DNA from: Catajapyx aquilonaris
Taxonomy: Eukaryota
Reading direction: 5' to 3'
NCBI GenBank assembly: GCA_000934665.2
Contig: JYFJ02000903.1
Span: 62,001-101,320, forward strand
DNA length: 39,320 nt
Below the pieces are notes generated by a model, which was not told the DNA's origin, did no database searches, and was given only the letters and a program-made list of their open reading frames with translations. Of this stretch, positions 1 to 25,200 are shown in pieces (the stretch's first letter is position 1; each line of letters begins with the position of its first letter). Both the position numbers and the translations under genes were made by a program.

Positions 1-16
1 TTTTTCTCCTGCATGA

Positions 17-14082
<14,066 letters not shown>

Positions 14083-14292
14083 ATCCAAATCACCACACTG
14101 TGCGTGGCCATCAGCATGTCCGCCACAGTGGCACTGGTGTGTCTGTACTCGCCCAAGATCTACATCATCGTCTTCCACCCGGACAAGAACGTGCGCAAAC
14201 TGACCATGAACAGCGCCACCTACAAGAAGGCCCCCACCAGCAGCACTGGGGGAACCTCTGCCAACCACGGTGAGGGTGAGACCTTCGTTTGA
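14083..14292 (+). CDS. mGluR: mGluR TM7 and proximal C-tail exon (ends at donor 14269 or 14275 if spliced, or reads through to TGA at 14290-14292)
   Basis: Translation [69 protein letters not shown]. The PKxYIIxFHPxKN motif ends TM7 in mGluRs; in frame with the upstream exon. Confidence 0.95.
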   Translation: MQITTLCVAISMSATVALVCLYSPKIYIIVFHPDKNVRKLTMNSATYKKAPTSSTGGTSANHGEGETFV

Positions 14293-14392
14293 CTTGTCAC
14301 GGACTCTACGTACTACCACTACTGCTACTACCGCCTGCATGAGACCCCCCGCCTGCTCCTCGCTCCTCGGATGACCGCATGGATGGGTTGCT

Positions 14393-14410
14393 GGTGGTGG
14401 TGGTGGTGGT
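14393..14410 (+). repeat. (GGT)6 microsatellite
   Basis: Read directly from the sequence. Confidence 0.9.
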
Positions 14411-15060
14411 ACTTCTGTGGTGGCCGCCATCCTGCTGATGCTGCTACGTACCCATCACCACACGAGTCCTCTACCTCAGTAGCGTAGATGTAGCAGTGCA
14501 GTCGAGCTCGCTGGAATGGTAACCATGCGATGTTTAGTTTGTACACAGCATAATCTAGTTGGGCAAAACTGCGCTAGTTCATAACATGCGTCCTTGGACA
14601 TGATGCAGCGCAATATTGCCAGCCAGTAGTTGCACACGTGCACAGCTTTGCCAATTTCACGCCGTGCAATCCGGATCCAAGGAGCGTCACAGGCTCTGGC
14701 ATGTGACGCAACCGATTGAATATGGCTCCATTCATGCGATGGAAATTGCACGGCGTGAGAGGCTTGAAGGTGTTGATTGTCAGCTATTAAATCAAATGAG
14801 GTGCTTAAAAGCACTTTGGCACTGGCAAAACCCAAAGCATGAAGTGTCTTATGAAAATCTTCGACTGAGAGTCTTATCGAGTGCTGTTCATTGTACCAGA
14901 TGTCAGGAGAGTTGATTTGAAAGGATTTGAAATACTTTTTATAAATTCCAGTCCCTGCCTGGTGGCGTGACTTTTCCTTTGTGAACACCCTGTAGATAGA
15001 GGACATGACACTTTTACAAAGCGATGTAATTGAGGATGGGGGAAAGGGCATGCTCTAGTT

Positions 15061-15066
15061 AATAAA
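15061..15066 (+). promoter_or_regulatory. AATAAA: candidate poly(A) signal for the read-through ETFV isoform
   Basis: Canonical hexamer between the stop at 14292 and the acceptor at 15373; the downstream GU-rich element is weak. Confidence 0.3.
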
Positions 15067-15373
15067 GAAGAGGCGCGACCGCCTCATGCAATATAGTGTC
15101 GCCTACTAACAGAAGGTTTCGCAAGGGCTTATGCACTGCCTGGCTATTAGCGACAGTGTACAGTTGAGCTGAGGCCAAAGGAGGCTTAATATCAACTCTA
15201 TTTTCACTAATTTCGTACTCTTAATTGAAGTGACGAAGAAATTATTAATGAGCTTCCGAAAGGGAAGAGGGTTGAGGCCCAAACCGGAGCTAATAATTAA
15301 CAGCCCGTTGCATTTTAAAGCACTGTTGGGATTTTGAACCCGTAACAATACTGAAGTTCGGATGTGTTTCCAG

Positions 15374-15492
15374 GTGCGTCTGCAGGAGAAACCTTGAAGA
15401 TGCAGCCCATCCCACCCAACACACCATCAAAGACAGCTTCAGAAAAGGAGTCGGAGAGTCGCGGTGAGCAGGAGAGTGTTGCGCTCTTGTGA
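15374..15492 (+). CDS. mGluR: Candidate mGluR C-tail exon (terminal to TGA at 15490-15492, or internal if the donor after 15463 is used)
   Basis: Acceptor tgtttccag ends at 15373. In phase 1, matching the upstream donors, it reads (G)ASAGETLKMQPIPPNTPSKTASEKESESRGEQESVALL*, a P/S/T/E-rich disordered tail-like peptide with a purine-rich exon-like composition. Too short for the ORF track. No homology confirmation. Confidence 0.62.
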
Positions 15493-16393
15493 AAAGCCTA
15501 ACTTTTCTTCTTCGGAGGTGGTGGTGGTAGTGATAGTGGTTGGTGGTGGTGATTCTAGTGGTGGTGCTCTTTCCACAATTATTTTTTGGGGTCTTGGTTA
15601 GATATGCACACAAGTACACACAAAAACATGTACATCATGTATTATAACCCATTGTAATTAGCCTGTACAGTTGTTAATTGGACTCGATGTGGAGTGAGTC
15701 CTTGATTTGTTTTATTTGTTTGTTGTCTCGGTCCTCGCACTAGGCAGGGTTCTTGCCTGCTCAGGAATTAGGCTCACCTCACCTCTGGATGTCGGTGACT
15801 TGTTCCGTTCGTTTCTATTGAATTTTTAATTATTCGGTTTTTTGTGAGGGGGGGGGGTTGTATATGGCAAGCCGGGCTTTCCACGATGGTCCTCGTCTTG
15901 CACCTGAGCCCACAAGACCCATCGTTGGAAAGAGAGCTCGCAATAATACTTACAGGCCGGTGAGGTGAACCGAATTCTTTAGAGACTCCCTGGCATCAAC
16001 CATCCTCAAAGTTCCAAACTGTTGTAGACAATGTCCACCGTCAGGAGGAGGGCACTTTGACCTCCCAGTTTTCCCAAGAGTGTATTTTAGTTGTGCGCGA
16101 TACAACGTCAGTGTTATTCTCCCAGTCATTCCCCACCTTCGTTTTTTGATAGTTTTATGGAGAAATAGTAGGCCAAACGAGTTGAATGGTTGAAGCATTT
16201 TTTGCCCTCGACTGGGGCAGAATTACTTTAGAGAAGTCGGTTTATAATAGTCGTAGCATCCATGTTGTACGCAATGCATCATGGACAATCACAAGCGTTA
16301 TCGTGCGGGGATACAAGTAAAATGCTAAATAGCAGAGTGCTTGGTTAAAAAATAATTGCGTAAGTAATTAAAAATAGGGGCCACCTCACAAGT

Positions 16394-16407
16394 AGAGAGA
16401 GAGAGAG
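16394..16407 (+). repeat. (AG)7 microsatellite
   Basis: Read directly from the sequence. Confidence 0.85.
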
Positions 16408-16572
16408 CTGCACTCGCTTTATGGTAGTCAGCCTGTTCTAGAGATAAGGAGAATGCAACATATACTTCCGTTAATTGTCAAAACATATCAACTGTGGTGA
16501 ATACTGAGGTGTCTGCTTATTGCATTGTTCGACATAAATAATAATGATAATTATATGATATCCAAAGTGAAG

Positions 16573-16940
16573 TGAAAAAAAGAGAAATTTCCACTCCAAT
16601 CTTCTGTCAGCAACAGCCTCCTTGTAGAGCAATCTTTTTGGCTTTCCTGACAGTTTATACAGTAGGCCTTCAATATCGGTGCAGGAAGTAAAGTCTGATA
16701 ATCATATCCTATACATTTCTATATCAATCGCCGTTCTCCTTGTACGAATTTATTAGTATTTTACGTTCCATCGATTTTCTACACGTTTTTATAAAGGATT
16801 TTTACTTCGCGTGGCTTTCAATTTTTCTCCCCCCCAAGTATTGTCTCCTCCAGGGAATGGGATTGTTATCCATGCTTCCTGGTCCAAACTTAAAAGAGAA
16901 TCGGTAAGGAGAGCTTTAATTGTACCATAAGAATCAATTG
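16573..16940 (-). mobile_element. Decayed non-LTR retrotransposon (CR1/L2-like LINE), 3' end of ORF2
   Basis: Minus-strand peptides occur in the expected order: QEAW..PFPGGD...EKLKATR (cf. QAWSP..GD...LEKVQRRATK), RRTAIDIEMYRI (cf. RRLRGDLIEVYKI) and LLYKE...RRLEWKFLFFS (cf. KL.K...RLD.RK.FFS). Interrupted by stops and frameshifts; consensus recalled, not searched. Confidence 0.55.
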
Positions 16941-17314
16941 CCGTCATTGTGCACCTACCTTGTAATTGCATTAAAATAGTTTTCATTCATAGGAAATTAT
17001 TCTCTGCCTTTCTGCCTCTTTTGCTGCTGCCAATTTCTCCACTTTCCTCTGTATCTTTGCTGCAGGCACTTTGGCTTGTTATCGACAACTGTTATCAGAT
17101 GGACTCACTAAGCGGTGTAACCTTTGACCTAACTCCGTCACGGATCTTTAAGACAAAGTGACTACAGTGGCAAATATTTCCCTTAGCTTCCTTTTCCGTT
17201 TACACGAGCTAAGCTTACTTGTTCGAAACATTCTTAGCAATGTTTACATTCGCGTTTACTGTAGCCGATAGAAAACAACTAAAACCATCTGACATTGATC
17301 CTACATTCGTGACC

Positions 17315-17338
17315 GTTGTTGTTGTTGTTGCTGTTGTT
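17315..17338 (+). repeat. Imperfect (GTT)n microsatellite
   Basis: (GTT)5 GCT (GTT)2. Confidence 0.85.
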
Positions 17339-17956
17339 TTTGCTCGGTTGAAGAACGAGCAGTATACATTTTCTTTTGCGAGAGCTTTGTTTGCATTCCA
17401 GACCAAGAAAAGAAACATTACTTTTGCAACACACGCTCAGTTTTGTTATCCAGTACACATAAAGTTGTGGAAAACACAGAGAAAGATGTCGTTAAAAAGA
17501 AATCAAATTCGGTAGATAGACTTCCTTTGAAATTGTTTGAACATTTTACCAGTGAAAAAATTGTTTATTTCCAATAACTATGTTGTAAAACGGTGCAGTG
17601 TGTATCACAGGAGCACAGTTCATAAAAATCCACATTGGTGAAAAGCTCCGCACATTCTATTTTTAGGTATGACCTATAGCTAGTGTGTGACTCGTGAAGT
17701 TGTGTAAATTACATTATTGCTACTGTGATATTGTAGTTTTGGTGATAAATTTCGCACAGGTTTATTGGTTATTATGTAGTGTTTTGTAGACGGGAAAGTG
17801 TGTACATTGCGACATACAACTGCCATTGTTTTGCTTCCATCCGAGATAAGTTGTAGCATATTGAGAGTTGAAAATTAAATTGTGCAACTTTGTTTCTCCA
17901 AGTTACACGAATTAAAAATAATACTCAGCTGCAGTTCTTTGTTCAACAATAGGCCT

Positions 17957-17962
17957 AATAAA
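17957..17962 (+). promoter_or_regulatory. AATAAA: candidate poly(A) signal ending a ~2.5-kb 3' UTR after the 15374 exon
   Basis: First canonical AATAAA I found after 15492. Preceded by a TGTA/TGT-rich stretch (about 17580-17880) and followed by U/GU-rich tcttctgtagttttagtg. Confidence 0.35.
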
Positions 17963-20246
17963 GTATCTTCTGTAGTTTTAGTGACCATATCTGGAAGAGG
18001 TAGGCAGCCTAAAATATTGGGACATCTTTTAAATGAATTTTAAAATTGGAATGTCCTGCAAGGTAACATAAAATAATTCTGAAAATTACGTTTGTAATTG
18101 TTCTCATCGGTATAAAATATGGGCTGCATACTTGCACAAGTCATTCATAAAAATGCTTATAGACCTTTGGGTCCAACAGCAGGAAATTCTATGGGGTGTA
18201 TCGAATATGACGCACTGTTTCAGTCAGATTTACTGTTAGAGAGTCGTCGAAAGCTCAGTTTAACATGTACTACCAGAATATCACCAATATTATGCTAAAG
18301 TACATGTCTCTAATGCATAGAAAAATGAGACAAGATAAGTATTGCCATGTTACTATAGCCGCATGTATACTGTAAGTCACTGCTACGTCTTCCTTCTGTC
18401 TTCTGCTGAAGGTTTTAATTGGCCAGCCGGTTATCTAACGTTACTGATAAATGATTGCAAATTCTATAAATTATAGCCTGACCTAGTAAAATAAAAATTG
18501 TGACAAGTGACGATAAATTATGTACAGGAAATATGTGCTTAATCGTATCGCGGTTTAAATGGCAAATGTTAACAGAAACGCGGATTTACCTGGGTGTCCA
18601 AATTTACTATCAATTCCTCAAACACCTTCACAGATCTGCAGCATTCCAAGATTATTTTGCACTGTGAAAAGCGGAGAAACAGTTTTGATATGCTGGGGGT
18701 AACTTTGAAATATATCATGTAACGAGAGGAGTAAAAGAATCGTGCTTAGCCCGAATAAATTAACAAACTGGATTTTATCTTTAGAGTAATTTGTTTTCTA
18801 ATGATGTGCTTTTTATTAATGCTATCTCTCTCATTAGCAGTTCCTCGCAGATGCCTACTTACTTTTTAAGCGGATGGAAAGGACTACCTAAGCTAATTAC
18901 CAGCAAACGAAAAAAAAACCCCAATCAGTTACTTCCATTCATGTGCTCTGCACTGTTAGTTCTGATGAATTTTCACAACATCGACAAGCTACATAAACAC
19001 GAGTAAAGGTATTGCTGTGTCCATACCTGATTGTTGGTTTCTGATGTACATTATTCTTGATATAACGCGATTATTCAAATCAAACCACAAATATTGCAAG
19101 AGTTGGAATATCATAATATCACCTACCTACTTTCTAGGCAGTATTTTTATTCAGGCATCTCATAACACTCCTAACGCTAAGTAGTCATACAAATTAACAA
19201 ATAAATTGTCAGGTTATGCGGTCGTCTTAAATCATTCACCCTTAGTGCTGGCCTATTGGATAGAATTTAAACAAAAATCACAAAATATGCGTAGTTTTAT
19301 TCTTGTTATGATTTTGCTACCTGTCATCATTTTTGTAAGGGGGGGGGGAATTATGTAGCGTTTTAAATGTCACTATTGGAGTGAATTCGGGTACATAACC
19401 CGTCGGGTGGTAACATATTATAATATACGCAACAGAATTTTGAAACATTGAAGATCTCACCATATACTTTTTAGTAAAATAATATTCATAGTCGCCCGGA
19501 TAACTTCTCGTGGCATTTACTTATCTTATAATATTTTTGTATCATAGTGGGTGTATCTATGGGAGGATTCGTTAGTGAGAGATAATTTATACAGGTTTGC
19601 CTCAGACTTTTCCTCCCACTCGTTTCTTTGAACTCAGTCATAATTTCTCGATTAGCCTCACTCCAAGAACTTGTACAGCGAAAGGCCTAACTTTAATAAC
19701 GCAGGAATTTGAAAAACGACACGACAGTTACTTGGATATTATAAGAGGAAGTTATTGGTAAAGGATAACATAACTCCAAGGAATTCTTATGAGATTTGTG
19801 AACATAAGAAGGTAATCCAAACTATTTCAACTTATTTTATCCATACAATACCGTAACAATCAAGGTTATTGATTACATATGTTTAATCATCCCTCAAGAA
19901 ATAATGGATCGCCCTCTGCGTACGAAAGATACAGCTGCAATAAGTCAATTATATGTACAAAAATTTCACTAAATCCTATTACTTTCGTGACCTCGTCGAT
20001 TCCTGCAGGAAAATGGTTTGACTGCAGTGATTCCTTTCCAGAATAAGGCAACAATATGCAGCTCTAGATCCTCATAATACGCAATAACAACTGCATTAAT
20101 CTTTAAGTGGAAGTATCCCCTTACATCATGAATAGCTTTTACATTTAACGAAGCAAACTGAAAAAGACCTTATCATTAATCTCAAGCTTCATACGTCACA
20201 TTGGATAAAAGTGCAAATTGTTTTCATTCCTCTCGTTTTTTTAAAG

Positions 20247-20363
20247 GTCTCTGCAAGTCCAAGTCGTATTACCGATTTGGCATGTGTTCAAAATATCCAC
20301 CGAGGTTGGAGGTTACAATTCCTCATAGTCTACCAGAAAAGATGCGGATATCAACTTTGCCAG
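20247..20363 (+). CDS. Candidate further or alternative mGluR C-tail exon, 117 nt, phase 1-1
   Basis: Long pyrimidine tract ttgttttcattcctctcgttttttt followed by aaag| (an atypical AAG acceptor) and a consensus donor CAG|GTGAGT at 20364. Length is divisible by 3 and the phase-1 frame is open: (G)LCKSKSYYRFGMCSKYPPRLEVTIPHSLPEKMRISTLP(G). Confidence 0.38.
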
Positions 20364-21521
20364 GTGAGTGCCAATTTTTTTACAGCACTGATTAATGATT
20401 AATTTCCATTTGCTGATTCTGGACGAATGAAAGAGCGTAGGTCTAGGCGATATATTGAGTTTCCATTATTAAATGAATTCCTTATAAGTTGGCTGAAGAA
20501 ATCAATGTTTTTGCACAGTTTTATAACCAGCAGTGCAAAAAAGGATTTGCTCAGAAAATGCGTTTTATTTGTCGGAGATTTGTATTAAACTAGTGCAAAG
20601 TAATGCAATTACGTTATTCTGGCATCACGAACCATGCCTGCTGATGCTGCTAATAAAATTTGAAAGGCAGTTGAAATCAACATGGATTGGTTTTAATGCG
20701 CTTCTATGAACCAGTAAGGGCGCAAATGGACCACAATGCACGACTTTTGTTCCCATTATAAAACAGCGTCAAAGGTCAAAGGTTGTTTGGGAAATTCCAG
20801 ATGGCGAGTGGGCGGAATGGCGTGTTTGGATTAATTTAAGGAAATGCGCACTACGCGAATTAACATGTGTGAACAAAAGAGTCGAAAACAAAAGCAAGAA
20901 AAGTCACACTTGGATACAATGTACAGTAGGGCGCTCCTCCTTTTATGGCAAAGAGCTGTGAAATAGTCTCGAAATGAGTTGGTTACACGGGAACTCCATT
21001 CGGGTCCTTTTCACAGGCGGAGAACATAAGGAGAGGCCTTCGTTCACCTCTGATAATTCCTTAGCAAGATGCTGAGATCCTGATGGACTTAAACACCTTC
21101 ATCACATTAGATAAAACCAACGGGATATACGCGCAAAGCTGGCGGTCTCATTGGATTGGGGGGACTTGTTAACTACATCGCAGCCTTTCCCCCAGAATTT
21201 CCTCCTTGCCCTTTTCGTGTTCTACTTCCCGTAAGCTCTAAGAAACACCATGTTTAGGTGTACAGCTTTAGAGGCTTTGTAGATGGGTTGAGTATCAGTT
21301 TGCTAAAAACTAACCGGTTGCTCCGTTACTGTTTAGCTACAGTTCAGTGATTATTAATAAGCATGCGGTTCGCAAATTGAGGGATTAAATGTTCCGTGCT
21401 GATAATTATTCAATTAGCATACCCAATGGACAGTGACATTAATTCCTTTAAAGCGCTTTAATTCGCAGTAACGTGCAAAATGGCAATATTCACAGTCCCC
21501 AAAAATCTGGTAAATGTCCTA

Positions 21522-21690
21522 GGACTTGGGTACACATAAGCAAAGCCAACTCACAGTGTAACACTATCCAGATATGGCTTGATCTTCCTACCATTCAGAA
21601 CCTGTCTAGCAATAATAATAATAATAATACTGGTGGGCCCACCTATATTGGATCTAAAATAAAAATCTTGGAACATGTTGAGCGTTTTCA
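21522..21690 (+). mobile_element. Possible highly decayed LINE ORF2 fragment
   Basis: DLG, HISKANS and PTYIGSKIKILEHVER in order (cf. KDLG..., KAN, P.....I..LE.VQR), interrupted by an (AAT)6 run at 21611-21628. Confidence 0.3.
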
Positions 21691-22113
21691 TTGGTTTCCG
21701 AATAAAGCATCGTATTCATTATTCCACGAGACTTAAATATTGCTAGGGAATGAATGAATGGTTTTGACATTCTGCTGGAAATATGAGTACAGCCTCTTGT
21801 TCGGGCCCAATGCCAACAAAGTTCGGGTGCAATTCACGGTTGAACTAGCTGCCTCGTAATAAACCACTACCTTTCCATGGAAATATGCCCTTTAAATATT
21901 AGTCCAGGGTATATAGACCCCAAAATTATAATGTGATAGAGCACAGTGAACCTAGGCGTCTGGCTGCATTTACGTAGAACTGTTTGGAGAGAGAAAAAAG
22001 GTTATACGACACTCGTGTTTCGGGATCAATAATCTGCTGGAGTCGAAATCATTGATACGGTTAGTTCCACCTGCGTGGTGGAAACAGATATATATGATTG
22101 TTTTTCTATCGGA

Positions 22114-22230
22114 TGCTACAAGGCAGTGAAAAGGGCAGAAAAGATGTCTGGCCTATATAGGCCAGCCGTAATTGAGATATCGAAATTCAATTCTGCTGTT
22201 ATTTTTCGGGTTCTCAAATTGCATGTACGT
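22114..22230 (+). mobile_element. Decayed LINE ORF2 fragment
   Basis: CYKAVKRAEKMSGL...NSAVIFRVLKLHVR resembles CR1/L2 C.KAVKKAN.MLGLI.R...VIL.LYK.LVR. Confidence 0.4.
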
Positions 22231-25200
22231 ATAAAGAAACCGACCTCTGACCTCTGGCGAATATTATACATCAGGCTGCTCTTTTGACATATTGCGAACC
22301 AAACTGACAAATCTATTGTGACAGAATTGTTTATTTTTAATACAGTATAGAGCCACGAGTTCTGTTTTTTGCTTCGTGTCTCAATTTAACCTACAGTAAA
22401 GGCCAAAATTGGCCTTTTCGCAAATAAAGATTCGGAGACATCGTCGCTGAAATGTTTGCAAATCGATGAACTGGGAAGCGTGGGTAGTAACTAATCAAAT
22501 TAGCGACCGGCTGCTGTTACCTGGGGGCACGAGAGCTCTCCCGTGGCATACAAAATGCAAAGAAGTCAGTACAGCACATGTGGGCTCGCCCACGATGCTC
22601 CATCCATTAGGACAAAAGCGCGTGGGCGTTTCGTTATCTTTGCAAACAGAGGCATCTGTGTACTTGTGTATATCCGGTGTCCAATAGTTGGAAGTCAACA
22701 AGACAAAATTGGTATATTATAAAAAAGGGGCAATTGCCAATGAAACGTAACTTTCTGACCTGCTGTCAGGATATCCGTGTGTTGTTGTTTTTTTCTAAAG
22801 TTATTTTCAAAACTTCATTGAATGTGTTTCAAAAGGCTTGAGAGGACCGATGATTGTACGAAATAAAGAGGACACAAAAAAAGAGGCCCGCCTTTCCTGT
22901 CGCTGTGTACGGCACTCAACTTGGCGGAAGTGATCAAATTGAATGGAAGCTCATCTGGATCTTTGTAGGCTGCATGCAGTTCAGTAGATGAAAGAGGAAA
23001 AATCTTCCATGTGTACTGAAGCATGGAAGGGCGCAAAATGTGGCCGTTTCTTCATCCTTTTGTAATATCCGCGTTTCTAATTCCAAACTAAGAGCAAAGT
23101 TTTATGACGGAAGCTGCTGGAGGGGAAATTTTTTTATTCAAAGTTTTTGCTCTTTTATATTGCCCTAGGTAAAGGTTGAATCGGATAGGCTAAAATCAAT
23201 AGTGTGAGCCTGCTGTGTCAGTAAAGTATAATGATGTACTGCATGTAAATTCATGCGATTTGTAGTAATTTGAGGCTAGGAAAGTGTCCGATCACCTTTA
23301 CGTTTCTCGGAAAAATTTTAATCACACCCCCGCCCTAGAGATTGGCAATAATCAGCAGAGCACCCTCGTGACCTTTCCACTAATCAGTTTTCTAGAACAG
23401 CGCCCTTGATTATTTAACGTCGCCGACAAAGAAGTTTCGCCTACAGGGAATAAGAGCTCATATCCTCAGGGATAACAATATGTACTCATAACTACCAGGC
23501 TCATTATAAATTGATTACCAGGAAGGCAGGGAATTGCCATACTTTCCCTACAGACATTCCCTGCACCTTGTGATGAAGAAAAATTTCTATCCGGGCCATT
23601 GAACCCAAGACTCTTGATCCTACAATGCAACGTCGATGCTTCTTGTCGTCCCTCCAGATTTGCCCAAGCCAAACTATGTAAGAGGGTTATAAAAAGGGAA
23701 TCCATGTTGGGATGCTGGGTGTTAATTTCCCAAAGGTCTTTTTAGCAGGTTGGGAAGCCCTTAATGAGGAAATGACTGGCGCAGGAAACTTGACGCCGCG
23801 TCTTTAAAAAATATAAGAAAAGGAAAGGTGTGCATACAAACTGCTTGGATCTACATGCGTGACGAAGTTGAGTGGCGTGGGCGGACATGGAAGATATTCA
23901 GTGGGTGGGCCACATGGCGTGCGGTTCACCAGTCTCGCTGAGAGTGTGCTGATTCCTCCAGGGACCAACTCTGCGATTCACTATTCGTCAAGAGTCAAAT
24001 GGCCAGGACGCTATTTTTCACTGTCCTGGACCTGAAAAGCAGCCTCCAAAAAAATACAGATTTGCGTAGAAAGTTTTCCGGTCAGTTTGCGGTCAAGGAC
24101 CTTTGATGACACTGTGATATCGGAAAGTAAGTGTAGCCGGAGAGGGTTAAGGGGCGGAGGTCAGCCTTGCGAAAAATTTGCAATTTTGTAGTTTCCATGC
24201 TCGCTGACTTCCTTGGACTCATGGGGGCTCATACAAATGTTATTGCGGATATCCATTCAGGAAGGATATATTCTTTTCCGACCTGAATCTCAAAAGCCCC
24301 TGGTTTGCTATACGGTGTCCTTTTGTTTGGAATTGCCGCAGTGGGATGAAACCGGTGCAGTGACGTTCCGGAAATTGGAAAGCAATGTATTCCGGAACCA
24401 GATTATGCGTATTTGAATAATTGAAGACTACGGGTGGGGGTCGTACTGTATGGTTACGTTACAATTAATGTAGTTATATGCTATTATGTTTGCGTAATCG
24501 CCTCTGGCAGTTTTCCTCATGACGGTGCACGTAATGACCCTTGGAATAGGTTTGTTCAACGCCCAGCTGACGCACAGTTAAAACGCCCGTTTTTGCACAT
24601 TTTTGCACAATGCATACTGCATTAGAGTTGTTCTCTGTGGCAATGAAGAGCTGCAAGACAATAATAAACGTCATTACTCGCCTACAATATACGCCTCGCC
24701 CAAGTATGCCGCCGTTAGATCGCAATTTTTACACCCAGTTTGCAGTTTAAAACACGAAGTTATGCGATGCTCATTTTGCCACATTTAGTGCATATGCGCC
24801 CTCGACTATTAGTCCACGTGTAATGTACGGCCCACTTAAGGCCATAAAGCACTGTTGAAAATTCAGCAAATGCTTGCAAATTTCCGACACGAATCAGCGT
24901 GTCCTTCAAATGATTGCTCAATGTGTGACATATTCCGTCATGCACATTGCACAATGCACATGTAACGTCTTTTACAGTACAGTGACCAAATTCATCCTGA
25001 ACAGTATGCAACAGCACCCTTGTCCAATTGAAAGTATAACTGTCAGGGGGCAAACCCGGCTGTAAATCGTACAGTACAGAGAGTACCCTCATGCGTCAGT
25101 ACCTTACACTGCCACAAATATTGGGAGCGGTTGACATATGCTTCCATGTGGGTCGTATATAATGATAGAATTTTTCTTATTATGGTGCGTGTCTGTTCCG

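Noticed and set aside
14476..15051. 191-aa minus-strand ORF
   Set aside because: No recognisable motif and no clear splice or codon signal.
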